DNA of 64,000 nucleotides from the NCBI GenBank assembly GCA_051294375.1, contig CM119269.1, positions 16,357,010 through 16,421,009 of the forward strand, read 5' to 3'. Numbering within the stretch: the stretch's first letter is position 1; every line of letters starts with the position of its first letter. Of this stretch, positions 21,963-42,582 are shown in pieces. The notes beneath the pieces are model-generated. The model worked only from the letters and a program-made list of their open reading frames with translations. It was not told where the DNA came from and ran no database searches. This DNA comes from Paraspadella gotoi. Taxonomy: Eukaryota; Animalia; Chaetognatha. Position numbers and translations under genes: made by a program.

Positions 21963-24712
21963 GAGAGAAAGAGGGAGAGAGAGAGAGTGAGACCGACAGA
22001 AAGATCATTTTTGAAGAGTGTGGCAGCATGACTCAAGCTGCTCAAGAGTCAGTTTTAGTCGAAAAAAAGAATCCAATCAAAAAAATACTCACCCATATTA
22101 ACCACGACCCACCCCCACCCCTCACCCCGTAATTCACCTGCAACTGGGAGCGGTGTCCCTCCTTCCCTTGCTCGTCCGTCTCTTCGTCCCCTCCTCCCGC
22201 CTCCGCCCCCCTACCCGTCTCCTCCTCCTCCTCTTCCTCCGTGACGACGGAGGCGATGAACCCGAGTCCGCCGATGACGATTTTCGGCGACGCGTCTTCG
22301 GTGGTCGGTTTCTTGGTCACGGCCGTCGCCGATGGGGGAGCCGGTTTGACGCCGGGCTCTGCCGAGGAGAGAAATAGATCAAACAAGGTCGGTCAGTCGG
22401 TTTCCTTGGTCTCTTTAATATTTTTAAAAAAGTAAGTAAAAACGGTTTGTCGTTCCGTCGAGAAAATGCGAGGACGAAAATGAAAGAATTTTTTTTTTAT
22501 TCTGTTTTTTTTTTTTTTTTTTTCTTTTCTGCTTTATACTTAGATATTTGCTTAAATTGGTTTACCATCTAGGAAAAAAGCTTATCGCATTTTTAGTAAA
22601 GGATATCTCCTCGAAAAATTGTTTGATTTAAAAAGAATCAGAATGTTTCCGAATTTACATTGAACTTCCTTTCAGTAACTTTTTCCCATTTTTTCATAGG
22701 TCAAATCGTTTAGAAGTTACAGGCAAAAAAAGATCACTACTTCAAATAAAAAATGGCGAACAAAATCATATTTAGTTTTTAACCATTTTTGGTATTTAGA
22801 TATTTGTTTTTATTTAAAATCGAGTTAGTTATTTTTTTAATTTTTTTTTTATTTGGTTAAGCTAAAGGCATTGCACCTTTTTTTGGTTTAAAAAAGTGCT
22901 ATTTTAGCTTTCAGAGAAAAAGGAAAGACGCTGAAAAGAATTGCGTTAAAGATGTGGAAAAACATTTTACTCAATTCGCTGTACAAGAGCATGCCCAGAC
23001 CATTACCGGCAGTAGTTGATGCCGAGGGAAGGCATACCAAATATTGAGAATGTTTTACCCGTTTTGTATGTTTTTTATTGAATAAATGAACTTTTCAATA
23101 ATTTTGTGATATACTTTTTTCCTAGATAGTAGTTTTTTTTTCCATTTCTGTTTAGATTTCGATTTGTTTTCGTTTCACTATTAATCGCGGACTTTATTCC
23201 CTTCTCCCCCATCCCCGGTTAAAAATCCTCCAGCCACTCAACATCCCGCGACAGTCGACGCCCTTCAACCCCCTCACACCTATCTGCTCGGGTCCCTCCC
23301 GTTCGGAAATCACCGACTCCTCCGCGTCGCTCAGCAGCGTGGATCCGCCCTCCCCTTCCGCCTCGCCGCCACTCTCGAATTCGCCTTCGCCGCCTTCGCC
23401 GCCTTCCCCGCCCTCGCCGAAATCGAAGTTAATCACGTCTACTTCCTCGGCGGCTTCCAAGGAGACCTCTTCCAGGGCGAAACTGAATTAGTCATAATAA
23501 GATTGTTAGATAAATAGATTGATTCTAGATTCTCGACCACGTTCTGCGTTTACCTGGAGCGGATGAGGTCTGCGGCCGTCTCTCGCCATTGATATCCCTC
23601 CCGGCGCCTGTAAATCTTCTGCACGAAGCTAATAGTTTCCCGCAGTATGTCGTCGACGGTGCGAAGGACCACGGCGATGCGCTTCTCCAGGATCTCCGCG
23701 GCAACGTCTTGTTTGATTGAATTTATTTATTTATTCATTCATTCATTTGTTATTCATCGTTTGATTGATTGATTTCGTGAAGGTTTGATTCATTTATTAT
23801 CCATTTAAGCAATCATAAATTCATTCTGTTACTTGATTGCCTGATTTATCGACTGATTTCTTAATTGATTGGTGGATTAATTAATTGATCGATAGACGAG
23901 TGGAACGACGCATTCATTGATCGATAAAAATCGATTTGTTTGCCTGTTTATAATCGATGGATCGATCGATTGATANNNNNNNNNNNNNNNNNNNNNNNNN
24001 NNNNNNNNNNNNNNNNNNNNNNNNNNNNNNNNNNNNNNNNNNNNNNNNNNNNNNNNNNNNNNNNNNNNNNNNNNNNNNNNNNNNNNNNNNNNNNNNNNNN
24101 NNNNNNNNNNNNNNNNNNNNNNNNNNNNNNNNNNNNNNNNNNNNNNNNNNNNNNNNNNNNNNNNNNNNNNNNNNNNNNNNNNNNNNNNNNNNNNNNNNNN
24201 NNNNNNNNNNNNNNNNNNNNNNNNNNNNNNNNNNNNNNNNNNNNNNNNNNNNNNNNNNNNNNNNNNNNNNNNNNNNNNNNNNNNNNNNNNNNNNNNNNNN
24301 NNNNNNNNNNNNNNNNNNNNNNNNNNNNNNNNNNNNNNNNNNNNNNNNNNNNNNNNNNNNNNNNNNNNNNNNNNNNNNNNNNNNNNNNNNNNNNNNNNNN
24401 NNNNNNNNNNNNNNNNNNNNNNNNNNNNNNNNNNNNNNNNNNNNNNNNNNNNNNNNNNNNNNNNNNNNNNNNNNNNNNNNNNNNNNNNNNNNNNNNNNNN
24501 NNNNNNNNNNNNNNNNNNNNNNNNNNNNNNNNNNNNNNNNNNNNNNNNNNNNNNNNNNNNNNNNNNNNNNNNNNNNNNNNNNNNNNNNNNNNNNNNNNNN
24601 NNNNNNNNNNNNNNNNNNNNNNNNNNNNNNNNNNNNNNNNNNNNNNNNNNNNNNNNNNNNNNNNNNNNNNNNNNNNNNNNNNNNNNNNNNNNNNNNNNNN
24701 NNNNNNNNNNNN

Positions 24713-24749
<37 letters not shown>

Positions 24750-25704
24750 TGACATGAGCAGAAGCCTCGGCGACAACTCCACGAGCATGATTTTCTTCGT
24801 CGTCGTGAATTCTTTAGACTTCATGAGAACCTTAAGAATTAACTTACCAACTCTCTCAACACCCACCCGAGCCGAAAGGTGAGTCTGGAACGCTGCCCCT
24901 CCAACCGCTCGCGGAAGAAGTGGAGGGCGTGAAGGAATTGTTCGGCGCCGAGGAATCCCGTGCGTTGGACGTCGAGGCGATCGAAGAGATCCACGNNNNN
25001 NNNNNNNNNNNNNNNNNNNNNNNNNNNNNNNNNNNNNNNNNNNNNNNNNNNNNNNNNNNNNNNNNNNNNNNNNNNNNNNNNNNNNNNNNNNNNNNNNNNN
25101 NNNNNNNNNNNNNNNNNNNNNNNNNNNNNNNNNNNNNNNNNNNNNNNNNNNNNNNNNNNNNNNNNNNNNNNNNNNNNTTTTTTGTCTGAATATAAATATA
25201 AGTTTAAAAATTCGTCTTTCTCTTCACGCTGCGGTTGTCCAACATTGATTTGATTTGATTGATTTGATTTGATTAATTTGATTAATTTGATTNNNNNNNN
25301 NNNNNNNNNNNNNNNNNNNNNNNNNNNNNNNNNNNNNNNNNNNNNNNNNNNNNNNNNNNNNNNNNNNNNNNNNNNNNNNNNNNNNNNNNNNNNNNNNNNN
25401 NNNNNNNNNNNNNNNNNNNNNNNNNNNNNNNNNNNNNNNNNNNNNNNNNNNNNNNNNNNNNNNNNNNNNNNNNNNNNNNNNNNNNNNNNNNNNNNNNNNN
25501 NNNNNNNNNNNNNNNNNNNNNNNNNNNNNNNNNNNNNNNNNNNNNNNNNNNNNNNNNNNNNNNNNNNNNNNNNNNNNNNNNNNNNNNNNNNNNNNNNNNN
25601 NNNNNNNNNNNNNNNNNNNNNNNNNNNNNNNNNNNNNNNTTGATTTGATTTGATTTGATTTGATTTGATATTTTCTATTGGTTCTTCCATTCTTCTTCTA
25701 TTTT

Positions 25705-25738
<34 letters not shown>

Positions 25739-28700
25739 NNNNNNNNNNNNNNNNNNNNNNNNNNNNNNNNNNNNNNNNNNNNNNNNNNNNNNNNNNNNNN
25801 NNNNNNNNNNNNNNNNNNNNNNNNNNNNNNNNNNNNNNNNNNNNNNNNNNNNNNNNNNNNNNNNNNNNNNNNNNNNNNNNNNNNNNNNNNNNNNNNNNNN
25901 NNNNNNNNNNNNNNNNNNNGCGAAGAAGTTGTCGTTGATGGATCGGAGATGAAAGGCCATCAGCTCGACGAAGGTCTCCTCCGTCATGAGGGCGTCCTTG
26001 TGGACGGCCTGGATCTCTGGGACGAGCGACTTGAAGGCGAAGGGAAAAGGCATGGGAAGGGTGGCGGAGGACATGTCGAAGGAGACGAGGGCGGCGAAGA
26101 CGAGATCCATGGGGACGTCTTTTCCAGAGGGTGCATAGTGGAAGGTGGGGTGTTGGTGTTTGGGGAAAAAATGTTATAAAATTGGTACAGCTAATATAAT
26201 AATGACCCATTAATTTATTAAATGAATGGTTAAGGCATACATCCTTCTTACAAGACAAAGGCAGGACCAATGCAACGAATTACCGATGCAATAGCTACCG
26301 CTTGTATTTGGTTTCCGTCATAAAAGGCCTTCATATTATAATTAGCCTAATTTAGCAAATATTTTTTTAAAATTAGGTTTCCTTTTATTTTAGTTCTTAA
26401 TTTGCCTTATCACCTGAATATCCCTAATTCGCCTTTCTCCTTCCTTCCTCCCTTCCCTCCCTCACCCTGTCCCAGCAGGGCCAACTTGCAGAATGATCGA
26501 CTGCAAAATGTTTCTTCCTCAGCACCAGCCGCCGCTCCGCGTCCAGCCGCCGCTGCTTCGCTCAGCCGCCTCCTTACGCATCTTGTACTGAATGAGCGCG
26601 AATCGGATCGGGATGCGAAGGAGCAGCTCCATCTTCAGCTCGGCTAGGGACGATGAAGGAGGACAAGATTAAGAACCGCGGTAGAAGGGACAGAACCAGA
26701 ACGCGAAACAAAATCTCGCACAAAGTTTTGTACTTACAACAGACGAACTGAAGATCCGTGAAGTAAGAGTTGGACATATGTAGGTGCTCTTCCTCGTATT
26801 GTATCTGTTGTTAAACAACGTTGACGACAACACCATTACAACCCGCCAAAGATCCAATTCACCTCATGAGATAAGAGGCGACGAAGTTGACGGCATCGAA
26901 GTCGATGACGCAGCGCCGCTCGCCGCAGGAGACGCCGCGCGAACCGCGGACGGCAAACATTTCTCCCTGACGAGGTCGGTGTCGATAGCGTCGGCGCGTT
27001 TTCCTTCGTAGACGCCCCAGCAGCACCCGTCCGCCGTCGCGTCGCCGTCCTGATGGAAAAGTTGTATATGATATATTAACTATTATAATAAATATTACTA
27101 TTTTCTCATTAGGAACAAGTTGACCCCTATTAAGAACTTTTGATGTGAATTTCGCCGTTTTCCTTTTATTTTTAGTCATTTTTAAAACGGACTTACTTGG
27201 CAGGGACGTGGGATATTGGACGACTTCTCGCTTGACGAGCTCTTGGAAAAGTCTTCTCCACGACGATGACAGAGTTGGCACCAAGTTTTCAATGAGGTAA
27301 ACCTCAAGGAAGAAAAAGATAGATGACATTTTTTTTATCTACGTAAATTTAATCTTTAATTTAAATATTTTGATTGTAATAATTTTCGAATCTCTCTGCT
27401 TTCGACTATTTTGTAGTCTATCCTATCTTCTCTACTCTCGTCTCAACTCCTCGATCTCTCTCCCGTCTCTCTCTCTCTCGTCCTCTCCTCTCTCTCCTTC
27501 TCTTCTCTCGTCATTCTCTCTCTCTCTCGCTTCCTCCATTTCTTTTCTCCTCTTTTTCTCAGTCTCTCTCCTCTCTCTTCCTCTCTCGCCCCGCGTGCCT
27601 CGTCGTCTCTCTCGTCCGACTCGTTCCTCTCTCTGGCGTCCTCTCGTCTCTCTCTCTCCTCTCTCTCTTCTCTCCTCGTCTCTCGCGTCTCCTCTCTCTC
27701 TCTCTCACTTTCGTCTCTTTAAATTTCTGCTTCAGAGAATTTTCCGAACGGCAACAATCGTAGACCAGCGTCTGCTGCGCGATGGAGCGAAGCAACGAAT
27801 CCGTCCCCAGTTTTCTGTGCTACAAATTCAAAAACGGAAAAAAAAACGTTTGACAAACGACGACGACAATGAAACGACAACGATTCCACCTGCAATTTTT
27901 GAAACCAACGAAGTCGCGCCGCCTTCACTCTGTTTTCGATCTCTAACGGAATCTTCTGACGCTTGCGACGAGCGAGCGCGTCGAGAATATCTGAAGACGG
28001 AAAGGAGATAGAAAATTGACTGTTTGGTTTTGTTTGTTATATTTGAAAATCTCTACGATCCATTAATAATATCGCGTTAAAAAAGAGCTTTTAAACCAAA
28101 TAGACTGGGCCCGAATGAATCGCAACCAAAGGAGACGAAGGAGACAATCGTTCCCTGTGATTAGAGAACCTTTTGTTTTTTGGTGCCACTCGAAGACGTC
28201 GTCCGCATTTCCAGGCGGCGTCTCGGATGAAGCCGGAGGAGCGAAATCAAGTTCGGAGAAAATTTCCTGCGTTAAAAAAAAAGTATTAAATGAATAAATA
28301 TTTTGATTTTTTTTTTCAAATTAACTTTTTCTTCTATTTCTTTCATTTGCTTTCCTAACTTAGTCCTCTCTTTTCTTTTCTTTTCTTTTCTTTTCTTTTC
28401 TTNNNNNNNNNNTTCTTTTCTTTTCTTTTCTTTTCTTTTCTTTTCTTCCCTCTCCCCAACCTTCTCCTCTCTCATCCTCTTTCCCTCCCCTGCCCTGGGG
28501 AAAGAATCCCCACTTCCCTCTCCCCATACCGACCTCCAACACATCCATCGCCCTGGGGCCACCCTCGGTCGACCCTTCATCCTCGGCGGCTTCGAAGTCT
28601 TCGCCAGAAACGATGACCTTCACGTCGACCGTCGGCGCCGATTCGCCGATGCCGCCCTCGCCCGGCGACGTCTCCGCCTCCGGCTCCGCCTCCTCGGCGA

Positions 28701-29819
28701 TGCGGTAGTCGTTGTAGGCCTCATAGCTGACGGGACTATCGGGCGCCGAGGCTTCGGTCGCGACGGGTGCATTGTCCGGGAACGACCGGTTCCTTGGGTT
28801 GTGAGGAAAGGAATAAGAAGGAGAAGGGGAAGGAAGGGAAGGGAAGGAAGGGAAGGAAGCAAGAAGGAAGAAGAAGGAAAGGAAGAAGGAAGGAAGGAAA
28901 GAAGCAAAGGAAAGGAAGGAAGGGAAGGAGGTAAAGGAAAGAAGGAAAGGGAAGGAAGAAGGGAGGAAGAAAGAAGGAAGCGAAGGAAGGGAAGGAAGGG
29001 AAGAGGGAAGGAAAGAAGGAAGAGAAGAGGAAGGGAAGAAGGAAGAGAAGTCGGAAGGGAAAGAGTAAAGCACTACAAAAATTATATGGATAAACATAAA
29101 TGGAGTCAGTCTTTCGGTCGACGGCTGGATCAACTTTCGCTTGAAATCGATTCTTAATATAAAATCCCTATGGTCAAGCTTTATAAATAGTAATAACTAT
29201 GGTAATTCTAAAGTGTAGGTCTTGGCAGTCATCGAAGTGGACGCGAGTTCGGAATTTTTCATTTCTTTCATCTCATTAAAAATGCATTGAAGTTGACTGT
29301 TTTACCCATCTAATACTCTCACCCAGTATACCACTCTTTCTTTCTAATAATAAAGACCGTACTTCATTTGACTTATATATGAAAAGCCCATGGTTTTCTC
29401 TCTCCATTGATCTAAAAAAGGTAAAAAATTTCCAAAGCGTTGATTGCTGTTTTGTAATCAAAGAACTCCTTTTTAGCTCATATTTCCCAACGTCATGCCA
29501 ACGAAGAATGTCCATCTTGTAATACATGGTTAGAAAGCTACATGTACTCTACTTTCATTTTAAGTGGACTGGCGCGAGGCTAAATTCTAAACGAAAATAA
29601 TCCGAAAAACAAAGGGCCTTTTGTTTCGATTAACATTTTTATATTGACCAAACGCGCATTTAATTGACTCTACCGCGAATCCAAATCCAAATCCATGCCT
29701 TCGACGAGCAACCCGCATCTCGGAGTTTCCGAAAGAGGATTTTTGTGGTCTATTCTCTTCTTNNNNNNNNNNNNNNNNNNNNNNNNNCTCTCTCTCTCAC
29801 CTGAGTCGCTCTCAGCCAT
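14687..29819 (-). CDS. EFCAB5: EF-hand calcium-binding domain protein 5-like (EF-hand, Glu-rich coiled coil, GAF-like domain); more than 20 exons, interrupted by N-gaps
   Basis: Segments resemble recalled EFCAB5 motifs: YLIENLVPTL, FDAVNFVASYLMR, EF-hand LFDRLDVQRTGFLGAEQF, and GAF-like PLFNRYRDLMGMLSVDTLHDP..FTEDEVHFYKNV. GT-AG-bounded GC-rich exons run from a putative ATG at 29819 (MAESDS) to the stop at 14687. The 5' exons contain frame breaks. Confidence 0.75.
23976..25919. other. Assembly gaps (four N-runs) inside the EFCAB5-like gene
   Basis: N tracts at 23976-24712, 24996-25177, 25293-25639 and 25739-25919, mostly bordered by simple repeats. Confidence 0.99.
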
Positions 29820-30524
29820 TTCTATTTAGGGTCGAAGTCAGCTGCTTTGAAGAGAATCTCTCGAAAATGCGTTTGAAGCATCGATAAGAGAGATTTCTAC
29901 GAAGGAGATTTTCCAGACATTGAGTAGAAAGAAGTATTCTGTTATTTTCTTGCCCTTTTTTATTACTTATTTTAAGTATTTACGGGTTCTCTAGCCGTGA
30001 ACAAAAAATTTACGGTAGGAAATAGGAAATAAGTCAAGCGCTCTTTGTTTAAAAACAAGAATTAACTGTATCTTTATTTCTCTTTTTTTTAAATTTTTTT
30101 CAAAATCTGTGATAATCACTAAAATTGGTACAATCAATACANNNNNNNNNNTGTGATAATCACAAAAAATGGTACAATCAATACATAATTCTTGATTCAC
30201 ATAGAGAAATAGGCTATCTTTTCTCCAGACTTTGAACTGGGGGGGGTCCTTTCCCTCTCTCTTAAATAACCGCACCTTCACAGACTCTCGCACTCCATAG
30301 CACCCGGTTGAACCCTAACAACGAAGTAGTAAATAGCGTCCAGCCCTGGAATGACTCCACAAAATAAAAAAACCAAGAAATCAATTCTAAAGTCAACAAC
30401 AAAAAACAAAATCAACAACAACGAAAAAAAGTCGTCGCTCCCAAAGTAAATATTCGGGTGATGAACTCGGGTCGAAATCCCTGGCCATCGTCGCCTCCTA
30501 AGATCGTTTACGTTTTGGAGAGAG

Positions 30525-30568
<44 letters not shown>

Positions 30569-32135
30569 CATTAATGACGTCTTCCAGGTCGTAAAGCTTC
30601 AGCCGAATTGTTTCTTCGTGACCGAATTACCATTCGAACTCAACGTTGTTATGATTTTCCCGCAAACTGCCATTTATTTTTTAGATGAAGGACGACAACA
30701 AGGAATTTTTCCTTTTTGGAAAGAGGATAATTATTAGGACAGAATTTAGGTAGCGAAATATTTCTAACAGATTGAATTTTCACTTCAGCAGCAGCCACCA
30801 TTAACGTCGTCAGTTGTCCACCTTAAAGCCAGTCGCCATCTCTTTCTCATAATCTTCAGTCTTATTCTCCATTTTTTGAAACCTATATTTTTTTTTCAAT
30901 CTCTCGTTTTTTTACGTATACTCTTTCAACGCCCACATATCCAGGCCAGTACCCAGCCTCCCCCTCCATTATCCAGGCCTGTACCCAGCCTCCCCCTCCG
31001 TCGTAAATTAAATTCTCTTTAATATTTTTCACCCCTTTCACTCCTGGACACCTCAAATTCCTTTCGCCGCCAAGAACCGCGCTCGTTCCCGCTTTTTAGA
31101 CTTTTGAGAAGAAGACTCACCCTTTTGATGGCGTTAATGTTCAAAGATTGATCGTCAATGAATTTACTCATTCGTCGGTTTTAAGTCATCTATGCATCAA
31201 GGACAATCATTCTTGGACAGTTTTTTTTTTCCCCAATATGTACGAATTAAGATTCTATGTTGTCTAGAATATTTTTAACTAATTGAAAAAGAAAACAAAT
31301 TCGGAGGTGATTTACTAGTGTGCTACTACAAACTTTCATACTAGCGCAAGATTAAAACTCTGAAAAGTTTTTAAACCCGGTAAAAACGCACGCGGTTACC
31401 CAAGGACGGTCTCGCTTTGCCAATGCAGAGGGAAGTCGTTAGGACTGTGGAATGGAATACAACGCCAATGGTATTGACGATGGTGGACGATGGTGTGAAT
31501 ATACCGCCACAAACGATCATATTCGCGATCGGGTAAGTCGTAATGAGAAAAAAAATGTTACCATAAAATTCTCTCAAAACTCGACCCGAGAAAATTTCGC
31601 GCAGAAAACCTTTTAACCGGAGGTCTGTCCGTCCGTCTGTCCGTTTACAAGGTTGGGTGGTGGTTTTTTAAGGCTCGCTCATCCTTTCTCAGCCGTCGTT
31701 TCGTATTTATTTTTTTGTTCTTCCTCCTCTTCGTCGTCGTCGTCGGTGGCCGGGGCGGAAAAACGGACGAAAAAGGAAGATCTCAAGATCCCGTTTAAGA
31801 AATCTCATTTAATTTCATTTTACTTTTAGAATTTTAACCAAAAAAAAAAAATAAATAAAAAAACCGAAGCTTTCTTTGAACATCATCACCTTCTCTCGCC
31901 TTCTTTTAATTTTCATTAGTCTACACAGTTTTCCTCAACTGTTGCTTCTCCTGTCAATAAAAATCGCGATTGTTGACACTCCGTGACGTTTTTACTACCG
32001 CACTTCCGTAGTTTCGTCCACTTCGCGCCATTTGAAAAAAAAAAACTTTCGAAACTCTAGTTGTCATATTTGCGTCATTGGAAAATCAATATACACCTTT
32101 TTTTCTGTGTTTATCGCCTTAACTTTAACAACGAG

Positions 32136-34069
32136 ATGAATCGTTTCAAGAAAAATTATTCAGCGCCTTGGGTGGACTTCACTTTCCACTTTTACAATTC
32201 TAACCGGTACGTAAAGAAATGAAAAAACAATTTTGAACAAACAATTTCGACGTTTTACCACATATAAATTTTAAAAGCTTTAAAAAATTCTCAACAAAAA
32301 AAAAATCGACATTCATTCTAGTTTCGAAGTTTTTTTTTACTTTAAGGAAAACCGTCTCGATTTTTTTTTCTGTCGGGAAGTTTATTGATGTTTGCTCTTA
32401 ATTATTTGCTGTCGTATTCACATTTTTTCTGTTTTTTTTTTTCGTTTTCTTTCCTCCTTCCTCTTTCATCCCCCACACCATCCTACTCCCCGACCTTTTT
32501 CGCACCACCCTCCACTTCTCCACCGCCTTCGCAGTTTTGCTCTCGGTTTCCGGTGCCGAAGTTCCGATTTTGAATCTGGTCGCCGACAAAAACGCCGGAT
32601 TTTCAAAAATTTTTGAAAATTTCCTGCAAACAAAAGCGCTTTTGAGGTTAGAACATTTTAGACGAATAATACATGTTAATACAGTATTATTCATAATGGA
32701 ATACGGAGAATCAGGGTCAAAGAATTAATACCAGCAAATAATAAAAATTTTTATAAAGGTCTTCAGTTGAAGTTCATTTTTACTTAAACATTTTATGAGA
32801 CTTTTCGTTCTGCCAAGACTCTCGGTCCGGCGATGATAATTTTCTTAAAATTCGATTACATACAAAATCTGATATTATTTTCAGTGAAAAAGAAAAGAAA
32901 GAAAACCCAAGTTTGCAAAAATTCGAGGAGGAGTTATCCTCTTTTCCGCCACTGGATCAGCGCCACCTGCCCACGGGCCCACCGCCGCCCTCGCCGCCGC
33001 GTCAACCGACGCAAACGCCAGCGCCTCAACCAGCTCGTCCGCCATCCAAACCGGCTCGGCGTTCTGCTCGGTTATCGCGACAAACTTCCACTTCACGATG
33101 GCAAAAGCGAAAATCGGAGAACGAAGTCGACGCCGTAAAAAACGGCGCCATTGGCGAAGGACATCCGGCTTTTGCGGCGACCATCTACGCGGGACAACAG
33201 CGCCATGTCTCCAACGCTGGGATTCGAAACAGTGGGGAGCGTGAACATGAGCAGGAGCTGTTTTCCGGTGATTGATTTTACTTGTTTGTTGTTTCAATTC
33301 ACCAAAAAAAATTGTACACCAACTAGCTAAACTCATTTTTGTTTCCAGGCGATGATGAAAGAAAAGCGAAAAGTTCCTACGACCCGTTTTCGTTGGACGT
33401 CGACGCAACGGAATCTCTCGTTAAACCGAGTAATATATTATATTTTCTTGTATACGAGGCGACTTCGTGATTTCACAAAATAAACCCCATTTCTAAGGCA
33501 ACTTTAAGCCGTTTACAACAGAAGAGAATGAAGTTTTGATCGATCATACGAAGGACGCTTCAAAAACAAGGTTATTTTTTATTATTAGTTTAATAATTAG
33601 TTTAATCATGATTTCCTGTCTCCATATTTCTTTCTGTCAGCTTGACTTGCGAACGAAACGGAAAGAGACATCCGCTTGGTTGGCATTTTCGAGCCGATGA
33701 CGGGTGCAACCTGTGCTTCTGTGAGCTGAACGCGACAGTCACGTGCACAGTTGATCTGTGCGGCTGCCATGATAAGTATGATTTCACAATAGGAAAAGGA
33801 AAGTCATTTACTAAAATTATTGCTTGACGTTCAGAAATGGAATATTTCGGGAGGCCCGAGAATCTTGGAGCGACCCGCTCGATCCTTGCAACGTCTGCAG
33901 CTGCAGAATTGGTCGCGAATTCGAGGAGACCGCGTTGCCAGGCAACCACTATGCTGCCGCGGAACAATACCGAACAACGAGGCGCGACTCTGCGGACGTG
34001 GTTTGCATTCGTATGACATTAGTAGAATGCTACATGAGAATATCAGGTAGAGAAAGTCGAAAAAAATAA
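32136..34069 (+). CDS. Probable secreted protein with a Pro-rich region and two C-terminal VWC/pacifastin-like Cys modules; exons ~32136-32206, 32535-32646, 32885-33267, 33349-33429, 33498-33570, 33641-33775, 33835-34069
   Basis: All six GT-AG introns are phase-compatible. Signal-like ..LSTFTILTVLLSVSGA|EVP. Modules CERNGKRHPLGWHFRADDGCNLCFCELNATVTCTVDLC and CHDKNGIFREARESWSDPLDPCNVCSC..VVC..C. The ATG at 32136 needs a 1-nt correction to be in frame. Confidence 0.7.
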
Positions 34070-35005
34070 TAATTTTTTTGTTCAATCATTTCTTTTTTTG
34101 AAGTAAACAGCTTTATTCCCTTTTTTTTAAATTAAGCTCGCCGACAACGAGAACAAAGGTTTAAACACTTTCTTCTCAAGAAAGGATACCGACACAGTCG
34201 TTATAAGATTCCATGATTACAAAAATTGAACAGCTTTCGTAATTTTGTTAATAATCCCAGTTCTTCCCTGAAACTATTTTCTGTTACTTTTAAAAACAAA
34301 AGTATGGGATTTCATATGCTGACAAACAAGTTTCCTCTCCGTATTAAAAGTTTGTCACAAAGTTAAACACATCTTTAATTTTATTTTAAATAAAGTTTCA
34401 TTTTTTATTAGTTATCATTCTTATCCCGGTCTATAGGGTAAAAAATCTTAAAATTTAAATATATTTTTATGATTACGAGTGTCCGACGAGTGAGTTAGAA
34501 GGTTGCAGGAAGAAGTTATTTAAAAATATTTTGTACTCTCCGAAAACGTTACTACAAAAGTCGCAGAAAATACAAAACAATAATATTCATGAACGCATAG
34601 CTAACGTATATTTCTAACGATACGTACTAGGTAATTTACTGCTAATGAACCCTCCCTAACTGTTGCATTATCTTTTTCCCTCTTTTCCCGTTTGTCTTTT
34701 GTTTCCACCCACGAGTTGGACTCGGCCACAGGCGGTGCCACATTTTCACTCAAGCTCTGCCAGTGTTTTTCTGCTAAAAAACACAGCCAGTGACAGTGAC
34801 AGAAACAGTGTTTTGTTTTTTTAAACAAGTTATAGCCGAATTTTTCCAGTACCCTCGTCAAATTTAAACCAAATTTTCTAGTTTTCATCAACGTTTTTCC
34901 TTGCCATGGCCCAACAGGGAGGTTTTTACGCAGCGCTTCACCTTTAAAATTTTTCGTTTTAACGAAAGATTTCGAGCCAACCCGGACGAGCCAATCGACT
35001 CTAAA

Positions 35006-42582
<7,577 letters not shown>

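Noticed and set aside
23877-26270. Long ORFs full of X
   Set aside because: They are artefacts of the N-gaps.
30108-30186. Direct repeat on both sides of a 10-N gap
   Set aside because: Probably a contig-end overlap or a collapsed tandem repeat.
33934-33946. RFX X-box-like palindrome GTTGCCAGGCAAC (another at ~52867)
   Set aside because: Both lie in coding or splice-site sequence, not at the promoter of the ciliary-type gene. Likely chance.
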